A stretch of DNA of 52,257 nt from a virus (lineage: Duplodnaviria > Caudoviricetes). The position numbers and the translations under genes were made by a program. Within the stretch, counting starts at the first letter, position 1. Every line of letters starts with the position of its first letter. The stretch is taken from the IMG/VR virus record IMGVR_UViG_3300048847_000024, positions 1 through 52,257 of that record. One strand, given 5' to 3'. Positions 17,511-26,184 of this stretch are shown here, in pieces. The notes under the pieces were generated by a model that worked only from the letters and a program-made list of their open reading frames with translations, was not told the DNA's origin and did no database searches.

Positions 17511-18459
17511 GGGCCGCCCCCCGATCGCCGAGCTCGCCCGCGGTCGATGGAAGGGCATGCTGCCGCGGCTCGGCGTTCCACCGTCGGCGCTTACGGGAAA
17601 GCACGGGCCATGCCCGGTGTGCGGCGGGAAGGATCGCTTCCGCTTCGACAACAAGGACGGCAAGGGCACCTGGATCTGCTCGCAGTGCGGCGCAGGCGAC
17701 GGCTTTCGCCTCGCGCAGTTGGTCAAAGGCGTCGAATTCGTGGACGTCGCGCGGATCGTGGAAGGGCTGGTCGGCAGCGTGCAGCCGGAGCCGATCAGGC
17801 CCGGACAGACTGCCGCCGAACAGCACCAGCGCCTGAACGAGACTTGGCAAAGCGGACGGCCGATCTCTGCTGGCGATGCAGTCGGGCGGTGGCTGAAGCG
17901 GCGGGTCGGCAAGGTCGTCGAGTCGCCGGCGTTACGCTACGTGCGGCGGCTACGGCATCAGGGCGATGTGGTGACCTTCCACCCGGCCATGATCGCGATG
18001 GTCAGCGATCGCGCCGGCGAGCCCGTCACGATCCACCGCACCTACCTGACGGACGAGGGTCTGAAGGCGAACGTCGCCATGCCCCGCAAGCTCATGCCGT
18101 TCCCTCTGCCGAAGGGGGTGTCTGTCCGTTTATCAGAGCCCGCGGGCGGCGTGCTCGGCATCGCCGAGGGCATCGAAACGGCGCTGGCCGTGACGGAGCT
18201 ATTCGGGCGACCTTGCTGGGCTGCGACCAACGCAACAATGCTCGGGCAGTGGGCGCCGCCGGCCGGCGTGACGCACGTGATCGTCTATGGCGACAACGAC
18301 CGGAAGTTCGGCGGACAGGCCGCTGCCTTCGCGCTTGCCCACAGGCTCGCCTGCGACGAGCGCCTCTCAGTCACGGCGGAGGTGAGCCTCCCGCCGAAAG
18401 AAGGCGAGGACTGGAATGACGTGCTGATGAGGCAGATGGGGGAGCAGCATGCTGCGTGA
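17500..18459 (+). CDS. Primase (P4 alpha-type Zn-binding domain + TOPRIM)
   Basis: HGPCPVCGGKDRFRFD...CSQCGAGDG; IAEGIETALA; GDND; DWND. Confidence 0.92.
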   Translation: MQREGRPPIAELARGRWKGMLPRLGVPPSALTGKHGPCPVCGGKDRFRFDNKDGKGTWICSQCGAGDGFRLAQLVKGVEFVDVARIVEGLVGSVQPEPIRPGQTAAEQHQRLNETWQSGRPISAGDAVGRWLKRRVGKVVESPALRYVRRLRHQGDVVTFHPAMIAMVSDRAGEPVTIHRTYLTDEGLKANVAMPRKLMPFPLPKGVSVRLSEPAGGVLGIAEGIETALAVTELFGRPCWAATNATMLGQWAPPAGVTHVIVYGDNDRKFGGQAAAFALAHRLACDERLSVTAEVSLPPKEGEDWNDVLMRQMGEQHAA

Positions 18460-19102
18460 CATCCTCAAGGGTCGCACCCCGCAGAAGCCGCCGACCAAGG
18501 CGGAGCTCGAGCGCGAGCGACGTCTCTGGGAGCGGGCGGAGCGTGAGCGCCGCCGGCGAGACGCCCGGATTGCGGCGCGGGGTCGTGAGAGCGAGGGCAT
18601 GCCGTGGTTCGCCGTGTTCACGCAGCCTCAGTGCGAGCAGAAGGTCGAGATGCAGCTGATCCAGCGCGGGCTCTGCGCCTACCTGCCGGAAGGGCGGCAT
18701 TGGACGAAGCCTCGGCGGTCGCACGTCAAGCAGTCGGTCGCCCGGCCGGCCTTCACCCGCTACGTCATGGTCGGTTTTCCCAGCGGGTCGACGTCGTGGC
18801 ACCTCGTTCACGCCATCCCCGAGGTCCATTCGATCGTGGGGCAGCGGCTAAGCGGGCCGAAGCGCTTGCCGGCGTTGCTGATCGAGAAGATGCGCGCGGC
18901 GCAGGATCTCGGCCTCTTCGACGCGAAGGTCGATGCTCGCATGGTGCTCGAGCTCGACGAGGAAGTGGAGATCACCGCCGGCCTCATGGAGGGGATGACG
19001 GGCCACGTCCGCCGGATCGGAAGCAAGACGGTCGAGATCGACTTGGGGACGTTCTTCGCTAAGGCGCACGTGACGCTTGAACATCTCAAGCGCGTGGCCT
19101 AA
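18449..19102 (+). CDS. NusG-family transcription antiterminator (late activator, Q position)
   Basis: NGN domain WFAVFTQPQCEQKV...YLP...PAFTRYVMV; KOW motif EVEITAGLMEGMTGHV. Confidence 0.88.
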   Translation: MLRDILKGRTPQKPPTKAELERERRLWERAERERRRRDARIAARGRESEGMPWFAVFTQPQCEQKVEMQLIQRGLCAYLPEGRHWTKPRRSHVKQSVARPAFTRYVMVGFPSGSTSWHLVHAIPEVHSIVGQRLSGPKRLPALLIEKMRAAQDLGLFDAKVDARMVLELDEEVEITAGLMEGMTGHVRRIGSKTVEIDLGTFFAKAHVTLEHLKRVA

Positions 19103-19404
19103 TCTTGTTTGCAGGACAAGCCGTCGACGCGCCGGATTACCCGACGGGCGGCCCCAGCCCTAGCGCCTCCTACCTTGGTGGGCCTGCTTGGTGGCCCGAC
19201 GGGGCTCTATCGCAAATTCCCGCATAAATCGCTCCGCTCAAGCGCGAGCGGACGGCTGGTTCAATTACGTCAACCGCTAGTCTTCGAAAAAAGGAATGCT
19301 CCGCCGGCCTCTGCCGGGAGATTGCCCCCCTTGGGAGGCTCGGGTCATCAAGGTGATCGATGCGGTAGGGCTGGCGATTGTGCCCTCGCGCTTTCCTCGT
19401 CTCC

Positions 19405-19758
19405 CTAAAGGCATCCTTTGATTCCGTCGATGTGTTTGCCAGTGGCGCCGTACTCGCTCCCAAACCGCACGATGCTGCCCGTTCCAGAAGGATCGACGTC
19501 GGCGACGCCATAGACCGCACCCCCGTGGGTCTGGAGGACTGACCAGCCCCGCTCAGTGCGGTTTGTGGTAGCTGGGATAGTGGTGAAACCGGTGCTCCAG
19601 GCGGTCGTGATGCAACCGGCCAGCGCGTCGGGCTTCTTCGATGATGTGAACGTGGTCTGTGGAGACGCTGCGTCCCGGGCGCCTTGAACTCCCCCGCACC
19701 CCACCAGGGCAACGGTCGCGAGCGCGGCCACTCCGAATCTCGCTGTCCTGGTCATCAT
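19405..19758 (-). CDS. Lipoprotein (moron)
   Basis: Lipobox LVGC after a hydrophobic signal; internal and C-terminal Cys. Confidence 0.75.
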   Translation of the reverse strand: MMTRTARFGVAALATVALVGCGGVQGARDAASPQTTFTSSKKPDALAGCITTAWSTGFTTIPATTNRTERGWSVLQTHGGAVYGVADVDPSGTGSIVRFGSEYGATGKHIDGIKGCL

Positions 19759-19921
19759 CGTAGACCTCGTGGGGTCGCCTGTGGGTAAGCGGCGACCGTA
19801 ACCCGCAGTTCTCATACTCGCGTTCGGGGCGCCGGGCAGGATGATGGCGGCTTGAGGACCGAGGTCGAGTCTTCGCGTCGGGAGGTAGCAAATTTGGAAA
19901 TGCCAAAGCCGGCAGGCTCGA

Positions 19922-20305
19922 TCAGCGCCTCGAGCCCCGGGGCTTGAGCTTGGTCGGCGCTCCCTCGCCGGAGGCCTTCATCTTGCGTCCAGTACGGACC
20001 ATCGGAGCGTCGGTCGGACCTTGCAGAGGGGAAGGAAGCGAGGCGGGTTTCGGGGTACCTCGTCGAACCCCTTGTTTTCCTTCAACGCGAGCAGCTTCCC
20101 GATCGCCGCGCATTACCAAATCCTCGGTTAAGCCCTTCGGAAAGGCCTGCGTTGCCGGAATGCCCAGTTGATCTAGCGCGTACTCTACAAGGATCCTGAG
20201 CGCTTCAGGTTGGGATCGGATCAGGGGCTCGCGGCGGCGGTATTCTTCGACCCTCTCCAAGAGCTGATCGTCCACGCCCACGGTGATCTGGAAGCCCATT
20301 TGCAT
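19922..20305 (-). CDS. RHH-like DNA-binding protein with a disordered tail
   Basis: QITVGVDDQLLERVEEYRRRE...SQPEALRILVEYAL. Confidence 0.6.
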   Translation of the reverse strand: MQMGFQITVGVDDQLLERVEEYRRREPLIRSQPEALRILVEYALDQLGIPATQAFPKGLTEDLVMRGDREAARVEGKQGVRRGTPKPASLPSPLQGPTDAPMVRTGRKMKASGEGAPTKLKPRGSRR

Positions 20306-20478
20306 ACCCTGATCATTTGATAATGAATGCGGCACGCAGTCCGCGGGAACTCTGGTTCGGCTCGGTCTTCTGACCACGCCGCTCCGCGTGCGGGCAAATC
20401 CTATACCTGAATCGCGATCTGGCGTGATCCTGAGCCCGCGGAAGGTGCCGCGGCTTGAGGTTGAGTCTTCGCGTTCCT

Positions 20479-20619
20479 TCAGTGGCAGTGAACCGTGCCC
20501 GAGCTGTTGTCCATATGGCAGCACTGCCCAGGCGGGGAGTTCTTCCGGCACCCGCCGCCGTGCGTCTCAGCCGCCGAGATCAAGGCCCACATGGCCGCGA
20601 ATGCGACCGCAATCTTCAT
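20479..20619 (-). CDS. Small secreted Cys/His peptide (YHYH-like)
   Basis: GGGAGG RBS; signal peptide followed by HGGGC...CCH...HCH. Confidence 0.65.
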   Translation of the reverse strand: MKIAVAFAAMWALISAAETHGGGCRKNSPPGQCCHMDNSSGTVHCH

Positions 20620-20756
20620 TTGCGAGGCCCTCCCGAGCACAACCCATATTGATGGGAGCACCTCTCCGGACGCGACGCGAGTCCGGGTCATTCCCTGTGT
20701 CGGGTCATGTCCTCAGCGCTTTTTCGCGGCTTGGGACGAGGACAGGCAGTAAGCTG

Positions 20757-21188
20757 TCAGACCCTGGCGGCCAAAACGAACACCAGCGTGGCGAGAGCGC
20801 CGAGGCCGGTGCGGACCGCGTGTAGTCCTCCCCACCTGACCACCAGATTTCTCATGTCGAAATTCGGGGCGTCCGGGTCCGCCGCCATAAGGCGTTCATT
20901 GATCGGCATGATGCCGAAGATTGTGTAAGGCCAGTTTGCGAGCAACAGGACAGCTCCCAGGAGCCACAGCCACTCGCTTGACTGCCACCAAGCGATCAAC
21001 CCAAGAACAAACCCGAGAACGGCAAGCGGCGCCTGCATCGCGAAGCCGCGCTTGTACGATGGCTTCCACTCCGTCAGCAGGGCCTTGTCATCAAGGAGCA
21101 GCCTCGCAGGCTGCTCTGCGACATTGATGTAAGCCGCAGCTCCGGTGAACAAGGCTGCGACGACTAGAGCGAGATGGCCAGCGAGCAT
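20757..21188 (-). CDS. DUF1772 / anthrone oxygenase-family membrane protein
   Basis: FTGAAAYINVAEQPAR...W.PSY.RG..MQAPL...NWPYT...IMP.N...WGGLHAVRT. Confidence 0.85.
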   Translation of the reverse strand: MLAGHLALVVAALFTGAAAYINVAEQPARLLLDDKALLTEWKPSYKRGFAMQAPLAVLGFVLGLIAWWQSSEWLWLLGAVLLLANWPYTIFGIMPINERLMAADPDAPNFDMRNLVVRWGGLHAVRTGLGALATLVFVLAARV

Positions 21189-21192
21189 ATCC

Positions 21193-21369
21193 TCAGCGCT
21201 TCTTTTCGGGTCGGGGCTGCAGGATCTCGAGCGCACCGATTGTCAGCTCAAGGTCAGCAATCCGCCTGAGCACGTTGTTCGTCGGCAGTGTTCCAGCCTT
21301 CGCAGCCGATGTCAGGAGCTGTGTCTGTTGCGCCTGAAGGAGCTTCAGAAGCTCGCGTTGGTCCTGCAT
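21193..21369 (-). CDS. Small helical hypothetical protein (58 aa, MQDQRELLKLLQ...RPEKKR); not in the ORF track
   Basis: GGAG RBS; fills the gap between GFA and DUF1772; amphipathic helices. Confidence 0.55.
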   Translation of the reverse strand: MQDQRELLKLLQAQQTQLLTSAAKAGTLPTNNVLRRIADLELTIGALEILQPRPEKKR

Positions 21370-21441
21370 CGGTTATCTCCGGGTCGATAGTAGCGGGGCC
21401 GGTCAGTTTCCCGGCGCGGCGACCAGAGCCTAGGCGGAATC

Positions 21442-21780
21442 CTAGACGGAGGCGTCGTCTTCCACGATTAGCGTCACCGCCGCAACATCGAAGCCTTCGA
21501 GCATCCGCGCGTTCACAGCACACTCGGGGTACTCGCCTTCCGGCACCCATCCCATCACACATCCGCATTTGCTGCAGCGGATGAAAGCGACGTACCTGCG
21601 CCCCCAAACGTACGATTCGGTCTGTCCTGAGAACGACACTTCCTCGGTCCGGTAGTAAGCCCACAGCGCGCCGTAGCGACGGCAGACTGAGCAGTGGCAT
21701 TCGGTCACCTCCGCAGGTGCTCGTGCCGCTCGGACTTGAACTGCTCCACAATGACAGCTTCCCCGCGCCGGCTGTTCCAT
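21442..21780 (-). CDS. GFA (CENP-V) family Zn-binding protein
   Basis: GSCHCGAV, CHCSVCRR, CSKCG, VNAR. Confidence 0.9.
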   Translation of the reverse strand: MEQPARGSCHCGAVQVRAARAPAEVTECHCSVCRRYGALWAYYRTEEVSFSGQTESYVWGRRYVAFIRCSKCGCVMGWVPEGEYPECAVNARMLEGFDVAAVTLIVEDDASV

Positions 21781-21842
21781 GCTGCCCTTCCGCGCGATAG
21801 TCGCTGTTCATTCGATCCGCTCAGCTCATCGTCAAGGAGCAG

Positions 21843-22304
21843 TCAGCTGCCGCGAACGACCGGGATGTCGAAGTGAAGGACGTCTTCACGCACCCCGAGC
21901 TTTTCGTAGAGGGCGATCGCGGGATCATCTCCGTGGTCCGCCTGAACATAGACGACCCACACGCCGCGCTCGGAAGCGATGACACGGAGGCGCTCGATCA
22001 ACCGGGTAGCTATGCCTTGGCGGCGGTGAGCCTCGTCCACCGCTAGATCGTAGATGTAGATCTCCCGCCGCATCCGCTCCAGCTTCTCGAGCTCGTAAGC
22101 GACGAGCCCACCTGCCACTCGCCCATTCACCGAAGTGACCAAGACGATGACGTGCTCTTTTGCGAGCGCTTCAGCCAGGTAGGCGTCGCTCGGCGGTTCG
22201 CCTCCATATGTCTCATCATCCCCGAAAGCTCTGCCGAACAGGGCGTTGAGCTCGCGAAGAAGGGGTACATCGGCGGGGGTCAGACGGCGGATCGGGGCGG
22301 ACAA
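21843..22304 (-). CDS. AAC(3)-I-family aminoglycoside N-acetyltransferase (GNAT)
   Basis: FG.AF.D.ETY, GGLVAYEL.K.E...EIYIYDLAV...HRRQGIAT, YVQAD.GDDPAIALY.KLG.REDV.HFDI. Confidence 0.85.
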   Translation of the reverse strand: MSAPIRRLTPADVPLLRELNALFGRAFGDDETYGGEPPSDAYLAEALAKEHVIVLVTSVNGRVAGGLVAYELEKLERMRREIYIYDLAVDEAHRRQGIATRLIERLRVIASERGVWVVYVQADHGDDPAIALYEKLGVREDVLHFDIPVVRGS

Positions 22305-22607
22305 GGTTGTTCAGGGCTTATTTGGATGAAGCGCTGCGAGACCTGCCGATCCACTGATGTCCACCGGCAGCGGCTCGGAGCGCTCAAGGAAGACAGACGG
22401 CAGCCGGCTAGATTGGAGCTGCTTTGGTGCGAGCGGAAGCACGGCATCAGCTACTTCTTCCCAGACTTGCCTCCGGATGGCTTACTCGGTTTCGGTTCCG
22501 GCTTGGGAGCCGGTCTGGGCTCTGGGGCTGGCTTGCGCGTCTCGTTACCGGGCCCGCTCTTCGTCCCCGGCGGCTGCTTTGAGGGAAGGGCTTCTTGAGG
22601 AGCTTGC

Positions 22608-23129
22608 ATGACCGACAACCCCTACCTCGACGCGGATCGCGAGATGCTAGACGAGGTAATTCGGGAGGCCGAGTCCTATCTCGCTGCGCAGTTGCAGAGC
22701 GGGATCGCGGCCGACAGTCGGGCTGTGTCGTTCGTGAGCTTGATGGCCGGATCGACAGCGGTGAGCGCCGCAGCAGGGTTCGCCATCTTGCAGCAAACGC
22801 CACCTGACCCGCTCGGCTACCCTGCTCTCGTCGTCGCTGGCGCCTTCCTGATTTCGATGGCCTTCGCGAGCTGGTCCGCCCGTCCATCGACGTTCTGGTA
22901 TGTTGGAAATACGCCGTCAGCCTGGCTCGCAGATATAAGGAACGGGCTCAGTGTGGAGCAGGCACTCGCCGAGCAGGCTGCTCACTACGATGAGCAAATC
23001 TCGGACAACGCCAAACTGCTGAAGAAAAATGGACGCTGGATGGTGGCCGCCATCGTCATAGCTTGGCTCGGGTTAGCGGTCGGCGGCGCATGGGCGGCCA
23101 TCGTGACGCTCTCAGCCTTGTGGCGATGA
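22608..23129 (+). CDS. Membrane protein with 3 TM segments (moron)
   Basis: GAGGAG RBS; hydrophobic segments; ATGA overlap with the HNH gene. Confidence 0.7.
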   Translation: MTDNPYLDADREMLDEVIREAESYLAAQLQSGIAADSRAVSFVSLMAGSTAVSAAAGFAILQQTPPDPLGYPALVVAGAFLISMAFASWSARPSTFWYVGNTPSAWLADIRNGLSVEQALAEQAAHYDEQISDNAKLLKKNGRWMVAAIVIAWLGLAVGGAWAAIVTLSALWR

Positions 23130-23470
23130 CGTCCCGCCTGAAGACCGCCGCTTCGAAGCTCCGCACCGTCGACACCCGCACCTGTAAGCCGCCGCCGAAG
23201 GCCGCTGATCCGCAGTTGCTCACGCCTGAGCACAAGGCGTGGGCGCTCGCGGTGAAGCGTCGAGCCGGATGGCGGTGCGAGGTCATTGAGAACGGGGTGC
23301 GCTGCGCCCACGCGGCCCCTCATCGGATGTTCGCCGACCACATCGTCGAACGTCGGGACGGGGGCGCGCTGCTCGATCCGAAGAATGGCCGCTGCGTCTG
23401 CGGCTCGCACCACACCCGGAAGACCCTCGCCGAGAGAGCGAAGAGGATGGCGGCGGGCGACGGCGGTTGA
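23126..23470 (+). CDS. HNH endonuclease (HK97 gp74-like packaging cofactor)
   Basis: ADHIVERRDGG...N..CVCGSHHTRKT, upstream of the terminases. Confidence 0.88.
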   Translation: MTSRLKTAASKLRTVDTRTCKPPPKAADPQLLTPEHKAWALAVKRRAGWRCEVIENGVRCAHAAPHRMFADHIVERRDGGALLDPKNGRCVCGSHHTRKTLAERAKRMAAGDGG

Positions 23471-23701
23471 TCAAACCGACTTTCCACCCTCGATCACCTC
23501 GTGCTCAGAGGCGGTCAGATCCACTTCGCGCTGCATTCGAACGATCAGGAAATTACGAAGCTCGTCGACGCTCGAGAATGTGTGGTCGTTCAGGATCACC
23601 GCGAGGAGGTCGGTCTCCTCACCGTCTTTCAACTCTGCCACCCTGTAGCGCACGGAACCGTCGGCCTCGACTGGCACGAGACGCGCCTTCAGCCTGAGCA
23701 T
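23471..23701 (-). CDS. Hypothetical protein
   Basis: Protein-like composition; GGGGA RBS. Confidence 0.5.
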   Translation of the reverse strand: MLRLKARLVPVEADGSVRYRVAELKDGEETDLLAVILNDHTFSSVDELRNFLIVRMQREVDLTASEHEVIEGGKSV

Positions 23702-23784
23702 GATCTGTCCCCGAACACCATCAACCCACGCCCCGCGTGTAAATATCCGGCATCCACGTCGTCGCGCGAGTCATTTCAGTGCAC

Positions 23785-23870
23785 GGCGGGAGGGGGGTCG
23801 AAAGTCTGGGAGGGCAGGGGGGCGGGCACCGCACGGGGTCGCATCCAGAGATTTTATCCTCCCCCTGGGG
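23785..23870. other. Putative cos region
   Basis: Between HNH and terS; G-runs GGGGGGTCGAAAGT...CACCGCA...CAGAGATTTT resemble HK97-type cos neighbourhoods. Confidence 0.45.
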
Positions 23871-23901
23871 ATGCGGGTGCAAACCCGATCGGAGCATCGA
23901 C

Positions 23902-24489
23902 ATGACGGACCAGGATGCGCCGATCGATTGGGCGGCGATCAAGCGCGACTATTGCGCCGGAACGACGAGCGTCAGGAAGCTGGCCCGCTGGTACGGCATC
24001 TCGGACACCGCGATCCGGAAGCGCGCGGCGAAGGATGGTTGGGAGCGCCCGGAGCCGGAGGCCAGTTCGCGCCGCGAACCCGCGAACAATGCGACGCGGA
24101 CGCCTTCCATCTTCACGCCGCTGACGCCGGAGACGACGAGCCCCGAAGCAATCATCGGCCGCGGCCGGAACCTCACGCTGAGGATGCTGGACGAGCTCGA
24201 TGCGGCCACCAGGCACCTTGGAGAGCTCGAGACCATGATCGACATGGCCACCGACGAGGGGGACGCGGGCAAGCAGCGCGAGGCGCTGATGCAGGCCGTG
24301 TCGCTCAAGCAGCGGTCAGAGGTGTTGCGCTCGCTCGCCACCGCGGCGAAGACGCTGTCGGAGTCGGGCGGGGTAGCCGGCGCTGGCAAGAAGGCTGAGC
24401 GCCAGGCCGCGGCGCAGAAGGTTGCGACGGGTAGCCGCTTCGCCCCGCCGGCCGGTCCCAAGATGGTCGTCGACAACACGCGCTCCTGA
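23902..24489 (+). CDS. terS: Terminase small subunit
   Basis: DWAAIKRDY.AG..SVRKLARWYGISDTAIRKRAAKDGW HTH; GKK.ER...A...RFAPP; coupled to terL. Confidence 0.88.
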   Translation: MTDQDAPIDWAAIKRDYCAGTTSVRKLARWYGISDTAIRKRAAKDGWERPEPEASSRREPANNATRTPSIFTPLTPETTSPEAIIGRGRNLTLRMLDELDAATRHLGELETMIDMATDEGDAGKQREALMQAVSLKQRSEVLRSLATAAKTLSESGGVAGAGKKAERQAAAQKVATGSRFAPPAGPKMVVDNTRS

Positions 24490-26171
24490 TGGAGTGGAGC
24501 ACCGCGTGCCTGGATTGGCGGGAGCGGATCGTCACCAAGCGATCTCTGATCCCGACGCCGCTCTTTGCTGACGAGGCGGAGGCGGCGCTCGCCGTCTTCA
24601 AGTCGCTCCGGATCGTGGATGCGCCCGGGCAGCCGACCTTCGGCGCGGCCTGCGAGCCCTGGGTGTTCGATTTCGTCGCGGCGATCTTCGGAGCCTACGA
24701 CGCCCGCAAGGCTCGGCGGCTGATCACCGAATTCTTCCTGCTGATCTCGAAGAAGAACAGCAAGAGCACGATCGCCGCCGGCATCATGGTGACGGCGCTG
24801 ATCCGCAACTGGCGGCACTCCGCCGTGCTGCTGATCCTCGCGCCGACGATCGAGATCGCAAACAACGCCTTCCATCCGGCGCGGGACATGATCCGGGCGG
24901 ATGAGGAATTGGCCGAACTCCTGCACGTCCAGGAGCACATTCGGACGATCACGCATCGGACCACGAACGCCGTTCTCAAGGTGGTGGCCGCTGACACCGA
25001 CACCGTCGGCGGCGCAAAGGCCGCGTTCGTGCTGATTGACGAGCTGTGGATCTTCGGCAAGCGGCCCAAGGCCGACGCGATGTTCCGGGAAGCGACCGGC
25101 GGCCTGGTGTCGAGGCCCGAGGGCTTCGTGATCTTCCTCTCGACCCAGGCGGACGAGGATCCCGCAGGCGTTTTCAAGTCGAAGCTCGACTACTTCCGCT
25201 CCGTTCGGGACGGCAAGATCAGGGATCCGAAGAGCCTTCCGGTCCTCTACGAGTTCCCGGAGGCGATGCTCGCGAGCAAGGCGTTCCTCGAGCCCCAGAA
25301 CTTCTACGTCACCAACCCGAACATCGGCCGGTCGGTCGACCAGAGTTGGCTTGAGAGCGAGCTCACGAAGGTCATCGGTGCGACCAGCGGTGAGCTTCAG
25401 GTCTTCCTCGCGAAGCACCTCAACGTCGAAATCGGGCTGCGATTGTCGAACAATCGCTGGCCCGGCGCCGAGTTCTGGGAGAAGCGCGCCGACGCGACGT
25501 TGAGCGGGCTGCAAGATCTGCTCGAGCGGTGCGATGTCGTCACCGTGGGGATCGATGGCGGCGGGCTCGACGACCTGTTCGGGCTGACTGTGCTTGGTCG
25601 CGAGAAGGTCACGCGCCGCTGGCTGGCCCGGACGCATGCGTGGTGCCACGTCGGCGTGCTTGCTCGGCGGAAGTCGATTGCGACGAAGCTCCGTGACTTC
25701 CAGAAGGCCGGTGAGCTGACGATCGTCGACGACGAACTCGGCGACATCGAAGCGATCGTCGCTGTGATCGAGCAGGTGAAGGAAAGCGGCCTGCTGGCGA
25801 AGGTGGGCGTGGATCCGGCCGGGTTGGGCGAGTTCATCGAAGCCCTGGCCGAGATCGGCGTGACCCAGGACAACGACCTGCTGATCGGTGTGCCGCAGGG
25901 CTACGGCATGATGAATGCGATCAAGACGGCCGAGCGAAAGCTCGCCAACGGCACCCTTGTGCACGCGGAATCGAGCCTGATGGACTGGGCGGTCGGCAAT
26001 CTGAAGATCGAGCCGACGGCGACAGCGATCCGGGCGACCAAGCAGAACGCGGGCGACGCCAAGATCGACCCGGTGATGAGCCTCTTCGACGCCGTCGTGC
26101 CGATGCTGCTCAACCCGGAACCTGCGCGAACGGAATCGGTCTACGCGAGGCGCGGCCTTCGCATGCTGTGA
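24489..26171 (+). CDS. terL: Terminase large subunit
   Basis: Walker A variant ISKKNSKST, Walker B VLIDE, STQ, GIDGGGLDDL, KID. Confidence 0.95.
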   Translation: MEWSTACLDWRERIVTKRSLIPTPLFADEAEAALAVFKSLRIVDAPGQPTFGAACEPWVFDFVAAIFGAYDARKARRLITEFFLLISKKNSKSTIAAGIMVTALIRNWRHSAVLLILAPTIEIANNAFHPARDMIRADEELAELLHVQEHIRTITHRTTNAVLKVVAADTDTVGGAKAAFVLIDELWIFGKRPKADAMFREATGGLVSRPEGFVIFLSTQADEDPAGVFKSKLDYFRSVRDGKIRDPKSLPVLYEFPEAMLASKAFLEPQNFYVTNPNIGRSVDQSWLESELTKVIGATSGELQVFLAKHLNVEIGLRLSNNRWPGAEFWEKRADATLSGLQDLLERCDVVTVGIDGGGLDDLFGLTVLGREKVTRRWLARTHAWCHVGVLARRKSIATKLRDFQKAGELTIVDDELGDIEAIVAVIEQVKESGLLAKVGVDPAGLGEFIEALAEIGVTQDNDLLIGVPQGYGMMNAIKTAERKLANGTLVHAESSLMDWAVGNLKIEPTATAIRATKQNAGDAKIDPVMSLFDAVVPMLLNPEPARTESVYARRGLRML

Positions 26172-26184
26172 GGGCCGTTAGCGG

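Noticed and set aside
19405-22600. Integron cassette array (prompted by the AAC(3)-I gene)
   Set aside because: No IntI, and no clear RYYYAAC...GTTRRRY attC structures by eye.
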